Shown one piece after another: positions 48,773 through 62,215 of a stretch of DNA of 64,000 bases. The DNA lies in the NCBI RefSeq assembly GCF_006345805.1, contig NC_043010.1:44082001-44146000 (forward strand), in the 5' to 3' direction. The notes beneath the pieces are model-generated. The model ran no database searches. It was not told the origin of the DNA and saw nothing but the letters and a program-made list of their open reading frames with translations. Numbering within the stretch: position 1 is the first letter of the stretch; every line of letters begins with the position of its first letter. Made by a program: the position numbers and the translations under genes. The stretch comes from Octopus sinensis (Eukaryota).

Positions 48773-50332
48773 GTAAGTCCGTAGAAACTTCTCTGTATTA
48801 AGTGTCTGTAACTTTTCCTATCCTCCTTGTCTGATTTGATTTTTTTTTTCGCTAGTGAGGATTCTGAGAAAAGAATATCATTTTTTTTTTTGTGTCCTAT
48901 TATATAAAAGAGTGGAACCAAAATACTAAAAGGTTAAACATAGTGATTCACATCCCGTTGAAGCAAAATTAAAATGTATAGAAAAGCATAAAAGTGTAGT
49001 AGGTAGACGAAATGCTTGTTTTCACCCTTCTACGTTTTGAGTTCAAATAGCACCATTGTCACTTGTGTCTCTTCGAATTCGATATATAAGTATTAGGTAT
49101 GGAATCATTTTCTTCCATTTTAAATTCGTGACTTTGACATAAGGCATCGAAGTTAGGGTAATATAATGTGCTCTTATCTATGTGAAATCCCTACAGAAAA
49201 GAAATCAGCACGGACAAGCTAAGTTTTAGTATATAATAATAATATAGGACGCGAATCTTGATAACTACTGATGAAACTGTTAGACACCTTTATCTACCAC
49301 TTAGCGCGTGTTTATCTCGGGTGTATTACGGGTGTTTTACTAGTCTAACCGATTTTTAAGAAGCAACTTAACACACCTACCACTACTACTGCGTTGTCTC
49401 TCCCTACAGGAGATGGAAGGCAAATTTCTTTCAAACCACTTTCTTTAAAAGAAATAACACACTTGGGTACATCCTTGTTCTAAAAAGACAGGAAGCTCAC
49501 AACTAGAATACGCTTTATCGAACAGAGTTGGTCTCTAGTTAACAACTTAACGAAGGGGAATCTCGTGTTTGCTCGACTTACTAGAATTAACAATTAAATC
49601 TACAAATTACATCTTAACTACTGCAGAAGTAGTAGACATACTATATACTATTAGCCTGTGTTTGAAAGTTCGATGAAACAGCTACTGATTGAGCAAACCA
49701 GTGGTAAAACTACAATTCAATTAGGGATGAACTATTAAGGGAGCCTATAGACGATCGTCGACCATCGAGAAATCTCCCTAAAATAATAACCCCACTGTCT
49801 TAAAGGGAAGAACGCTGTAGATAATGCTAATGTTACTCATAGGAATTCGTAAAAAGATGGGATTGTCACTGTTGAACCCGAGCTAAAAACTATTTTATCT
49901 ATTTTTTGAAGAGTATGGAAATAATAACACTTGAGTTGGTTATTTCATGTCAATTCGCTTTCTTTCCTCTGTTTTCGGAAGCGTGGAAAGAGCACCAATG
50001 AAATAAATCAATAACAATCGAGTGAAACTGTATGGAGCTTGGTCTGTGAGAAACAACAGTCAATTCACCTCTAGTTTCGGATAAAGTGTACTGGAAAAAA
50101 GACGATGGTAACAACTGGAACTGCTTTGACCACAGGTCTGTTCAGTTAGAGCTGACATGTAGTTAAACAACATTTAATAACTTGAGGAAGGGTTACATGA
50201 AATATGGTTAGTAATTTACTATTTTTCAGACTTTGATACTTAAATAGTTTTTGAGTTTCTTTTTACACACATAAAATGAACATCTTAGTAGTATAACAGA
50301 GGGTATTCCATTATGTGTGTGTTTATATATAT

Positions 50333-50500
50333 AGGGAGAGTTTACGTAAAAAACAACAAAAGACGAAGACACGTGGTGTACAAAACAAACAGATATATTA
50401 GCATAACGCTCAGGAATAGAAAAAGTATTTTACGTTTTGAGCCTACGCTCTTCTACAGAAAGGGACGCAGAAAACAAGGAGAGAAAAAAAAACACACACA
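50333..50500 (-). mobile_element. Penelope pLTR-type short element with degenerate hammerhead motif at 50427-50462
   Basis: Minus strand CTTT-CTGTAGA-A-GAGC-GTAG-GCTC-AAAA-CG-TA-AAAT (G12 changed to A); homologous to 28045 and 35672. Confidence 0.6.
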
Positions 50501-50995
50501 AGACCTTTGGAGATATGCTGTGCTTGAGAAGACCCGGCAAGCTAAGTGAGACCATAGCCTTGGCCAATGCTACTGTCACATAACTGGCCCATTTAAAAGC
50601 AGCCTTCAATAGTTGGGCAATATGCCGTGCTTGTGAAGACCTGTTGAACAAAGTGAAATCGTAGTCGTCGCCGATACCAGTGTTACCTGACTGGCACTCA
50701 TACCGGTGGCACATAGAAACCAACATTTGAGCATGGCCAATGCCAGTGCTGGCTCCTGTGCTGGTGGCATGTAAAAAGCACCATTTGAGCATGGTGGATG
50801 CCAGTGCCTCCTGACTGGCTCCTATGCCGGTGGCATGTAAAAAGCACTCGCCACACTTGCTGAGAGGTTGGCATTAGGAAGGGTATCCAGTTGTAGAAAC
50901 CTTGCCAAATCAGATTGGAACCTGGTGCAGCCTTCGGTCTAACCATCCAACCCATGCTAGCATGGAAAGCTGACATTAAACAATGATGATGATGG
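50500..50995 (+). mobile_element. SINE family C copy
   Basis: Internal GGTGGCATGTAAAAAGCAC repeats; ends CCATGCTAGCATGGAAAGCTGACATTAAACAATGATGATGAT. Confidence 0.8.
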
Positions 50996-51003
50996 CATAT
51001 ATT

Positions 51004-51142
51004 AGGAGTGGCTGTGTAGTAAGTAGCTTACTTACCAACCACATGGTTCTGGGCACCTTGGGAAAGTGTCTTCAACTATAACCTCAGGCCGACCAAAGCC
51101 TTGTGAGTGGATTTGGTAGATGGAAACTGAAAGAAGCCCATC

Positions 51143-51180
<38 letters not shown>

Positions 51181-51210
51181 CTGTGTTTGTCCTCCCAACA
51201 TCGCTTGTTT
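51004..51210 (+). mobile_element. SINE family B 5' portion
   Basis: AGGAGTGGCTGTGTAGTAAGTAGCTT...GGATTTGGTAGATGGAAACTGAAAGAAGCCC. Confidence 0.75.
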
Positions 51211-51699
51211 TTTTTTTCCGTTTTTGGGGAACTTAAAGCATTCAAAGATCCCTTGAGTCCTAAGTAATGCTGGCATCCAGTTTGAACAAAATACATAAAA
51301 AATGATAAAAGTCAGAAAATGGAGTGTAGCCAATTTTAGTAGGTTTATTGATTTAAAAAATTTTTTTTTATCCTGATTAAATGGAAAACCCCATAAGGAA
51401 TAAGTTTATTGATTTTTCACCCCAGATAGGACTTAACTGAACACAACATTGCTGATTCAAAAACATCTATATTTATACTTTAAAGTTGGTTTTCATACCC
51501 AACCCAGTTCTGTAGAATCAGTATCGTGACAGGAGCGCATGGGTTGGGAGTTTGATCGGCAGAGGTGATCAGGTTGCATATGCCAGCACTTTTGAAAACA
51601 CTACCCCCATCATGTAACCCCCCCCCTTTGCCCATGCGTTGGGAACCCTTCCAGCAAGTATAGTTAAGATCAAAGAAATACAGGTTCTGCTGACATCTT

Positions 51700-52280
51700 G
51701 ATAATTTCTGCTTGATGACAAGGCCTATGTCTTGGATGGATTCAAGGCTTTGACTAAGGATGTAGTCACTACAATCACAAAGGAAATGGAGCTAGTATTC
51801 CCACTATTGTTAGAAACTTTTTATTTGAACTCTCTGTGCTTTGCACAAAGACTGATGAGCTTTCATATATGGTGATGGTTTTAACAATCTAGAATACTAT
51901 AGATCAGCAAGATATATAGTATGGCTCTTCTGTTGATACTATCAAATGCCTTGGGAAAATACGCAAATACAATTGATGCCTTTTGCTTGGAGTTTCTGTG
52001 TTCTAAGTGCAAGGATATATATAATGTTGATCTGCATTTGCAGAGATCATTTTGGTTCCAATGCTGAATGGGACAATATAAGGGGAAATTCTATTAAGGA
52101 ACATAGTTAAAAATATTTGAGACTAGAGGTGTTCTGAGACAGGTGAAAACCACCTTTCTTTGAAAGTGGAATTGAAGACTTCAAGAAGGCTTAGGATTTT
52201 TTCTTTGTAGGTCTTGTTATAGAAATCTAACATATGTTTGTGGAAGATAGTATCTAGGGCATTATCTGGACCTTGTATCA
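51700..52280 (-). mobile_element. Decayed LINE reverse-transcriptase remnant
   Basis: Minus strand about 51975-51928 reads IVFAYFPKAFDSINRR (RT DxxKAFDxI motif); rest degenerate. Confidence 0.4.
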
Positions 52281-55200
52281 TATTGTTTCTTAATCATTTT
52301 AGGAACATATATTATCATTTGAACATTCACTTTCCCATGCTCGCATGGATCGGATGAGACTACACTGGAGCATAGTTTTCTACTGGCAGATGGCCTTCTT
52401 GATGCTAACCATCATTTGCTTGTAAGCAAGTCTGTTGAACAATGAACAGCGTGTATAATGCTTATGCAGAGAAGTGAAAATATATGAGATTATTTGAATG
52501 AGCCTTTTGTTTACAAATATTGTACAATATATCGAGACATGTCAAGGAACCTGAATATGCTTTCGGTGGACTGCAAGTAAAGCACACAGAACAGCGAGGC
52601 CTTTGTTTAAATAAAATTTATATATATACACACGCAGTACATATATGCATACAATATGCCATTTAAAATCCATGCTGTCATAGATTGGACTGCTTGATAG
52701 ATTCTGACAGGTCCAACAATTGTATTGTGCTCCAATGACAGCTTTACCACAGTTACTGCAGCTGAATGCCCTTCCTTACGTCAACCACTTAATGTAGTGT
52801 ATCAGATGCTTTTCTCATGGCACCAACACTAGTGAGGTTGCCATGCAACCTTTAAGACTACAGTAGAGATTGTATGCATGTGTCTATGTACATTTATAAA
52901 TTCATATATGCATAATTATATATATATATAATGCACACACATTCATCATAGATTGGCAATCACTTTTCTATGCTGGCATTGAGTTGGAAAAGACTGTTTT
53001 TTGAGAGTGCTTTATGGCCAGATGCCCTTCCTGATGTCAATTCTCTTTGTGTGTGTGTGTGTGTGTACATGCAAATGATGAGATGTTGGATGCTAATTAG
53101 AAGCTCAAGATCACACTTGTAGGAGAGGTGAAAGTTGATTGAATTGATCAAATGCAAGCAATGCATTGTGGGATTTCATGGGGATGAAAGCAAATACCAA
53201 ATAAAGCATTTAGTTCAATGTTTTGCTATTTCTACCTGTCCCTGTTTATAAAGATAGTATTACTTATATAAATTAGTTGTAACAAATATGTTTATATGGT
53301 TAATATGATCTATGTATTGGACATAATACAAGCTGTTAAGTTAGTTATCTGACTTATGTGGTTAAACCAGGTGTTCAGATAGTTTTTATGATGTTTTTCC
53401 TCTAGATTTGTGTAGTTTGTGTATCTGTAGTTAGATTATGAATATATATATTTTGTGTAACATTTATACTTCTATTAAAGCTTTTGCAGTTCAAAATATA
53501 GAGTTCTTACTACAAATAATAAACTGTAGCATTTTAAGTAAAGCACTCAACCATTGTCTTGGGGGATGTGGGTTCAAATTCCATGGCTGTTTGTTGACAA
53601 CTTTTTCTGCCTTGTAAGGGTAATATTGCCCAATTTTTCTACTGCTTTAATGATAATACTGTGTTTGAAAATACCACTTTCTTGTCTGTATTGTACGATA
53701 CACATTCAACACTTCTAAAAAAACAAATGTAAGTTTGTTTATATACAGATGTAGTTGTTAGATTTTAAGTATATTGCATCTGAGGTAAATACTGTTTCAA
53801 CATGTACAGCTAGGTCAGATATAATCAACTGATCTTACAGATGAAGTATTTCAACCAAATGAATAATATGAATCATAATTAACAAAGCAAATATATAAGA
53901 TGAAGAACTCTTAGATGTATACAATTATTGTCTGCATACATCAAATATGAAAGTAGATATCAAACTACACATAAAAACAATATGGTATTACATTGAAGTA
54001 TATCTGTGTTTTATGCAAAGATGAATGATAAATATATGAAAATTATAAATTTGTTTCTGTTAAGATACTCAAGCATTAGTATAGATTTTTTAAGGCTTTG
54101 AATTAAAAAAATAATATATAACTATCTCTGGCTTAGTGCAAGAAACCATTTTCATCCACCCTCACTCCTTTTATTGTAGAACAGACTATAAAATAAATTA
54201 GTTTGTATATAAATCCCTTTAGTATGTTTTAATTTGTTTATCGAAAGTAATTATTCATTTCAGCAATAAATCCTTTCATTCAAACTATAGTTAATAATAA
54301 AATGAATGTATGTTTTCAAACTGACTATTTAAGCATACATATTTGAATTTGTGTAATTACTTTTCGCAGCAGCTGTTCGTAAGCATTGAAAGTTGGTTTT
54401 GTTATAATGTAGACATTACAATGTAGTGAAGGTATGTGGTTAGGGTTTTTGGTTCACAATCGTAAGGTCATGAATTCAATTCCCAGTGCTGTGTTGTGTC
54501 CTTGCTCCAGTCCACTCAGCTGGCAAAAATTAGAAATACCTGTATTTCAAAGGGGCAGCCCTGTCACACTCTGTGTTATGCTGAATCTCCCCTAAGAATT
54601 ATAGGAAGGGTATCTGTGACTGGTATAGACAAGGTATCAATCACTTGCACATAAATTTTGTGAGCAGGCTGTTCTGTTAATCGGATCAACTGGAACTCTC
54701 ATTGTCATAGCTGACAGTGCCAGACAATACAACAGACTAACATAGAACTAAGATTATTAGCTACTCTCACATGTAGAGTTTCAAGCTTAGTATTGACTGT
54801 ATGGAGACAGAAATGTTTTGCATTTTAATTTTTTTCCCTTAAGCACTTTACTGTTTCTGAGATATAATGGTTAATTGATCTTAGTGTGGTTTGAACAGAA
54901 ATCGGATTTATGAAACTATTAATTGTACAATTTAGATCTACAGTTACCAGCATTAAGAACATCTGTGAGGAATTTCATGCGTTACAGTGTTAACCTAGCG
55001 TAGGATATAGGAAGTCATTCTAGTATTCACTCACAGACTGGAGATTCTAAGAGGAAAAATAAAACAAACTTGAATTTGAGGAAACTTGTGATTGTCTGCA
55101 TTGACAAAACACTGTTAATAAAATTTGAAAAGATTACTTTGTGTGTCATGAGAATTGAGTGCTTATGTTTTAAAGGAAATCCTTCTTTAAAGAACAAGGG

Positions 55201-55599
55201 AGATTCCAATAATTTTGATTAGCTATGACACGGAATTTGATCTTAAATAACTAATGATGTGTCTAACAACCATTCACCATGCATAGGCATCTCCTATTAG
55301 GTCAGTATTGCACTATCATATGTAACTGACAATTCTGTTAGATGATACATGAAATTTGATTTAGGAAATAGTGATTTATATACCAGTTAAGCTACAATTA
55401 TAACAATTACTGTTGATGTTGATTTTTAAAGTGTTCAGTTGGTGATAAAACTGCTTACTGACACTTGCTCTCACTCACTTACCCACAATTCTTATTCCAG
55501 GGATGATTTGTTTGCATATGCATAAGAGTAGTAGTTATACCATTTTATTTTTAGAATTCCGTTTAAGAAATACTTGGCAATACCTGTCTATGAGAAGGA

Positions 55600-57372
55600 G
55601 GCATAGTGGAGGGAAACTTATAATGTAGAAGACAACTTGGAGTTTCTACAAAATAACCTGCTGCAAATCATAGATCAGATCTATGGATTCAACAAGGTTC
55701 CAGTTAGATGGAATGTAAAACTGATGATAATACTTCAGAGGATAAAGCTATAATAAATAGACTTGGAAAGAATGATGGTTGGGTGGGGCAACAAATAATA
55801 TCAGGTAGCTTGGAGAGAAGCTAGTTGTCAGGTGAACTAAACATAGAGAGGAGCAGAAAGATTTGCCAATGTTCTGCAATGAGAGGAGAATCAGAGATAT
55901 GTGGTGTTCCAAGTTGTAAGGCTGTTTATCAATGTGAATCAGAATTTCATTGAAGAAAAGTGTGTATGGAATGTTAGCATTGTGTATATGCACCTCACTG
56001 GAAAGAGAGGGGCAACGCCATATAAACCCAGTAAAAATATTAGCTGATGCAATTGACAGCTGCATGGTCAGAAGGGCCATTAAGGGTTTGAAAGCAGAGA
56101 AAGCAGTTGCATCATTAGGAATAGTTGCTGAGATGCTGAAAATAACTGAAGTAGGACAGGCAGTTAGATAATACAGGGAGGTGTTTTCAGGCTATAAGTT
56201 CAAGGTTTGGTTTTCAGTCTCCTTTTTAATATAACTGAGGAATTTAAGACCAGCTGCCCATGAGCATATGCTTGTATGCTGATGACCTACTTCTCATAGC
56301 CAAATCAGTTAAAGAATTAGACCAAAAATTCCAAGTGAGAAAGCAGTCTAGAATCAAGAAATTTAGAATTTAAGCTTAACCCTTTTTGATACCAACCTGC
56401 CTGAAACCACTGCTGGTTCTATGATGCAAACTGTCTGTTTTAAATCCTTTCAATAGAATTTCATACTAATTTATGTTCCAAATTTCGGCTTAATGGGGAC
56501 AAAGTTATTTTAATATATTCTTTATTAGTTTCGATTGACAATGATTGTTTCAAAAGAAATATAGTAAGAAAAGGGTTAACAAAGACTGAAGTTTTAGTTT
56601 GCAAGAAAGACTACAAACTTTTTCTACCATCAAGAACATGGCTATTCTCAGTATGTATGTTGGAAATCTATACTGTGTGTCCAATGTAAATAATAAATGC
56701 ACAAGGTATACATTGGGATCACAGGCAGGCTTGATAGAAGAAGGACCTTGAATGTAGCTGGTTCTCAAGAAGTAGTTTGTAGTATCACTGAAAAATATTA
56801 GGCAATGCCTGCTTATGACAAGGAAGAATAGAAGATGAGGTTTATAACATAGACAACTGGGAGTTTCTACAAAACAACCTGATGCTAAACTATAGACCAG
56901 ATTTGTAGATGGAGCAAGGTTACAAGGTTTTTTCTCTCCAAATGAAAAACTGCTGGTTTTGATGCTTGTCTGAATTGAGACTTTGCATGTTAGCAAAACA
57001 TGGGCTTTGAATGCAGAAGATACATGAAGGTTGAAAAGAAACAAAGTATGTATCTGTGATGAACATGTAATATAGTGTTTGAAAGACAGAGCACAAATGA
57101 GTTGAGGTAAAACAAGGTATAAAAGGAATCCACTGTAGTGTGCAGGTGACTATGTTAGTACAGATGTGATGCACATGAAAGATGATAGTTAAAGAAGTGA
57201 AAGGAACCTGAGTAAGAATACATGGGAAGTTGTTAACTCTGATCTTAAGATACTGAACCCCAGGAAAGAGGTGACAAGGAGCTGCAACACATAGTGAGAA
57301 GTGTACAGGAGACAACACATTTAAAGCCATGCAAACATGGAAAAAATAAATATAAAATACTGATGATGATGA
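55600..57372 (+). mobile_element. Decayed RTE-like LINE
   Basis: VRRAIKGLKAEKAVASLGIVAEMLK, LYADDLLLIAKSVKELDQKFQV (about 56271-56336), (GAT)n tail at about 57362. Confidence 0.65.
56380..56575. mobile_element. piggyBac-type MITE nested in the RTE remnant
   Basis: TTAA|CCCTTTT...AAAAGGG|TTAA: CCC/GGG termini with TTAA target duplication. Confidence 0.75.
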
Positions 57373-58444
57373 ATTAGCTTGAGAATTTTAGTTAGGTTAT
57401 CAATATACATATTTAAAAAAAAAAAAAAAAACTCATTTATTTTGTTGTGCAATGACTTTTATTGCTATATATTTTTAAAGATCTTATTGGTTTGGTTAAA
57501 TTTTCCCTGGACCATGTGTTGTGCTATACATTAATCATATGTGGGCAATACAAAGAATCTTTTTTTTCTCCTTTGTATACATTGGCTAACATCTCTCAAA
57601 AGCAATTGCTTTTATAACTTGCTTTTAGCATGTCTTACAACTTGTACACAGTAGTCCTGGACTCATAGAATTATAGAGCAAGTGAAATTTGTCCATAGAG
57701 CAGATTATCAGAAAGTTAAATACCTTCCTTATCAGATTATTCAGAGAGGCTCTGATAATTAGCTTTTCGAATTTTAACACTATTGAGAATTAATTTTTAA
57801 AGACTTAAGAAAAAATAATGCTTTCTGTAGAAGGATGAGCCACTTCTGTTTGTGGTGTCATCTTACACTAGGGGTCTTATTTTTACTCTAGTCACATCCT
57901 CATTGATAGGTATTAATGAACATCATGTTTTCTTAGTTTACCTTGATCTCTTGTATGCTTAACATTCTACTCTTTTCACAACCATTTTCTTAACCATTAG
58001 CCCTGTGGTAGCAGTAACCAATGTTCTCTCTTCACCACAATTCTTTATGCACAACTATTTTATATAGCTGTGTGGACACAGCATTTGCTTTGTTACCATA
58101 TGGCCTTCAGTTCTACCTCACTGCTCGGGCTGGCCAATATCTTGTGAGTGGAATTGCATCTGGTGGTGAAGCTCCAATTCAGAAAATTATGGAAGCTTAT
58201 TGTGTATGTGTGTATTTATATATGTGTATCTGTGCAGATGAATGTTTACATTCTATATCTTTTGCAGATGTGCAAAATAATATGGTTATATTTGTTGATA
58301 TTTCTTACAAATCCTGTAGTTCTGTGCTTGACAGAAAAGGCATCCATCTGTGAATCAACAAGGCATCAGTATATAGTTGTACAACCTATTATAGCCTGGA
58401 AAAACACACACCCATGTATGTGTGTGTGTGTATATATGTATGTA

Positions 58445-59333
58445 TAGGGTGGCTCAGAAGTCATGAAAGGGTTTCAATATTTAATATCTTGTTTATTTTG
58501 TTGAAAAATTGTGATATTTTAGTAGGTAAGTTACAGAGAAAGGATATAAGATTTATTTCCCCAAGTGTGAAAGATGATATCTCTTAAAGGGCATCCATTT
58601 TCCAATTTGCATAAATGTGCTCTTTCTAAGGCGTTTTCTACAACAGTCCTTAACGTTTGTGGCTTCAGTGATCTAATTTCTGCTCTGTTATTTTTAAGAT
58701 CTGCAATTGTTTGAGGCTTCTTGATATAAACTTTTCCCTTAAGATAGCTTCATAGAAAAAAGTTTGGAGTGGTTAGATCCGGAGAACGAGATGGCCCATT
58801 TATCTCTAGAAATGAATTAATTTTCTATCAAAAATTTGCCTGGTCATTTCTATTGTGTTCGTTGTAGTGTGAGCTGTGGCTCCATCCTGCTGAAACCACA
58901 TGCCAGGCATATCTTGAACCACTGGATGTAAGAAATTCTGGATCATGGGGTGGTGTTCATCTCCAGTGATAGTACAGTGCCTCCATCCTTATTTTTGAAG
59001 AAATAAGGTCCTGTCACTTTTTCTGAAGTCATCCTGCACCTATTCTTGGAAGGTCACCGACTGATCCTTGATCCTCAAAATGACCGATTGCCTGACCATT
59101 GATTCACTTGGACAATTCATTGCTCTATAATGATGATATGCTCGTTGAGGCCAAATTATTGATCCTTGGCTTTTGTAATAAAATTTCACAATGTGTTCGC
59201 TGTTCGGTATAGTGTACTTTTTCATGCCTAAATTTTAGGGTCTTTATATAAATCTGAAATATAATATAAAAATTAATTATTAAAAAAAAGCTATCAAATA
59301 TTGAAACCCCTTTGTGACTTCTGGGGCACCCTG
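58445..59333 (-). mobile_element. Internally deleted Tc1/mariner-superfamily transposon with both TIRs
   Basis: About 45-bp TIRs (TAGGGTGGCTCAGAAGTCATGAAAGGGTTTCAATATTT versus CAGGGTGCCCCAGAAGTCACAAAGGGGTTTCAATATTT); minus-strand motifs WFQQDGATAHT and PSRSPDLTTPNFFL..YLKGKVY; N-terminal HIVKFYY. Confidence 0.8.
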
Positions 59334-59383
59334 TGTGTGTGTGTGTGTGTGTGTGTACTTGTGTATATATATATATATTATAT

Positions 59384-59417
<34 letters not shown>

Positions 59418-59604
59418 GATATATATATGCACACATATTCATATATACATGGTCTTATGTAATGGATGCATTTCCTATTAAATATTATACAGACCTGAAG
59501 CATATTTTTTAAATCATTTCAAAATAACAGTATTTGCTTTGACTTGATTATTACAACTTGCATGCATTCATACATCCATCTCTACATACATACATACAAA
59601 AATA

Positions 59605-59712
59605 AATACCCTGTTGTTGATGTTGAAATTCCAATGAAGGAGCCTTGGATCTAGGTTAGAAACTGGCACTTACTCTATTGACAAGAAATCTTGAAATAAA
59701 ACTGAACAGTGA
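59605..59712 (+). mobile_element. Solo 3' UTR fragment of the RLE-type retrotransposon seen at 43845
   Basis: CTAGGTTAGAAAC...CTCTATTG..AAGAAATCTTGAAATAAAACTGAACA is shared with the reverse complement of 43845-43935; flanked by (TACA)n. Confidence 0.7.
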
Positions 59713-60049
59713 CACACACACACACATACATACAAACAAACAAGGCATCCTTCTCAGAAGAAGTATCACTAGTTTTCTTAAATTTTACTGTCTTACTTTG
59801 TTACAAGTTTATTACTATTAGCCTTCAGAGAGGGGAAGTGGGTTGATTCTTTATTGTATGAGGATCTCAAAATAGATGAGGCAACTTGATGTCAATAATA
59901 TTTGAGACAAGATATGGAATTATTTGTGGAAAAGGCTTAAGTCTGATGTTTTAACAATATCATTGAAGAAATGGCACTGAAATCTTCCCTTATACTTCAA
60001 AATTTCTTTTCTGAGTTATAATTTGTAATTTACTCTCTCTTTTTTCTAG

Positions 60050-60165
60050 GTCCAAGCATGAATATCCCATTGTGGGATATTACAGGATCTACTATGATAA
60101 CAAACAACTACATTAGGTTAACAAGTGACCATCAGAGCAAACAGGGTGGTATATGGAACAGTCAG
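60050..60165 (+). CDS. LMAN2: VIP36-like lectin exon 2
   Basis: tttctAG; (G)PSMNIPLWDITGSTMITNNYIRLTSDHQSKQGGIWNSQ; GTGAGT donor; phase 1-0. Confidence 0.9.
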
Positions 60166-60977
60166 GTGAGTGGAAAAGTATTTTCTGATCATATTTTATA
60201 AACTAACTTTAAATGTCTAGTCTGTCAGCACTTCATACTTGAAAACTCCTGTCGTATAACTTATTTAGTAAAGTGCTTTTTGTAAGTAACTCATATATTA
60301 CATTGATTACACTTCTCCAAAGATTTCTCTGATGGAAAAAAAAAATGTATATTCAGTGTATAAGGTGATCAGAACATAATAACCTGAATAATTTTTTAGC
60401 AGCATTTTCTTTTTCATTTGCACCCTTTTCTTTTTTTATACGTTTTACACACTTTCCTTACTTGTGATACATGACCTTTATTAGTTTCTAACATGGTTTT
60501 TAATCCAACAAGCATATGGTGATAGTTTACTATCTGTGATAGATAAAAACTTCCATAAAAAATGTCAAACAGAAATACATTCTTTTGACACCAATCAATG
60601 ACATTTTTTTCAAACAAACCAAGTAGATATACAGACCATAACTTTGTATTCTGCAAGCAATTCCATCTTATTAACTTGAATTTATTACTTAACCTATGTT
60701 GCAGGCATTACCATTATATTAGTCTGCAAATTATATATTAAGATAAAATATTAAATGTAACCAAAATAAACTGACTGAATTTTTAATGTATAATGTTTTT
60801 TAAAGTAATTGTTAACTTATTGAATAGTATATTGTTTTCAAAAAATAAGTTCAGTACATGAAAGCAGGGCCCATAGCATAAGCTACTTTTGCTGCTGTAC
60901 AAACCCTCAGATGAAGAGACTACCTTGAAATATCAAATTGTTGTTGTCCTCTTGATATATGAACTTATATTCAAACT

Positions 60978-61240
60978 CATTTTCCACGCTGGCATGGGTT
61001 GGATGGTTTGACGTGACCTGGCCAAGCCAGGGGCTGCACCATGTTCCATAGTCCGTTTGGCTTGGTTTCAACAGCTGGATGCCTTCCCTAATGCCAACCA
61101 CTCCACAGAGTGTACTGGATGCTTTTTACGTGATACCAGCACTTTTTACATGACACCAGCACCAGTTCATTTTACATGGCACCTTGGTTTTAGGATCTCA
61201 GTTTTGTTATGGTGGGTGGGTCTTCTCAAATATAGCATTT
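60978..61240 (-). mobile_element. SINE family C fragment
   Basis: TTTTCCACGCTGGCATGGGTTGGATGG...CAGCTGGATGCCTTCCCTAATGCCAACCAC. Confidence 0.7.
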
Positions 61241-61793
61241 TATAACTTTTGCTGAAGCTAACCACCACCAATATCTTTGGACTTTGTTTAATTTTTTAGT
61301 GTCGTCAGAAAATAAACTCCATGTGTTAAAACTGAAGTAAACAAAGCTTCTTAATTGTTTCAAAAAAATTATTTTTATCTTGCTGTCTTTGACTCAGTAT
61401 ATGCTATCATCTATAAAGTCATAATCTAGTTATCATTAAACAACATAGTATTAGTGTACTGATTAAACTTCAGAAAAATTTGTTTTTTAAAACCTTAAAA
61501 CAAAAGGTTCTTTCAAGTTCTTTGAACTATGATCTTCATTTTTGCATATAAACTTTTTGTGGAATTTGTACTTTGCTGAGCAAATGAATAAATAAAACAT
61601 GCTACTATTTATTTGACCCAACAGTAATGGTTTTGTTGTTTATTCACTTTATCCCACAAGACAAAAATCATTTCCACTAACAGAACTCATATATAATGCT
61701 TCTGTTATCAACTGTTGTTTTAAAAAGATTTTGGTATAGAAACTACTCACTCCAGTAATGCAAAAGTAGATTAGTCATGAAAAATTGAGAGCT

Positions 61794-62215
61794 ATCATCA
61801 TCATCGTTTAGCGTCCGTTTTCCATGCTAGCATGGGTTGGACGGTTCTACTGGGGTCTGTGAAGCCAGAAGGCTTCATCAGGCCCAGTCAAATCTGGCAG
61901 TGTTTCTACGGCTGGATGCCCTTCCTAACGCCAACCACTCCGTGAGTGTAATGGGTGCTTTTTACGTGCCACCCGCACAGGTGCCAGACAGAGCTGGCGA
62001 ACGGCCACGAACGGATGGTGCTTTTTATGTGCCACTGGCACGAGGGCCAGGCGAGGCTGGCAACGGACACAAAACGGGGCGGTGCTGGCAACGGTCGCGA
62101 AACGGAAGGATCTCTTACATGCCACCGGCACTGGTAACACATCTGCAATTTCCATTGATCGATTTCGATTCTGATCCTCAATTGCTTCAACGTTTATTTC
62201 AATAAGGTTTTTCAT
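61794..62215 (-). mobile_element. SINE family C copy (CpG-rich, young-looking)
   Basis: ATCATCATCATCGTTTAGCGTCCGTTTTCCATGCTAGCATGGGTTGGACGG, with internal GTGCTTTTTACGTGCCAC repeats. Confidence 0.8.

Noticed and set aside
49268-49283. CTGATGAAACTGTTAG
   Set aside because: No stem II between the boxes.
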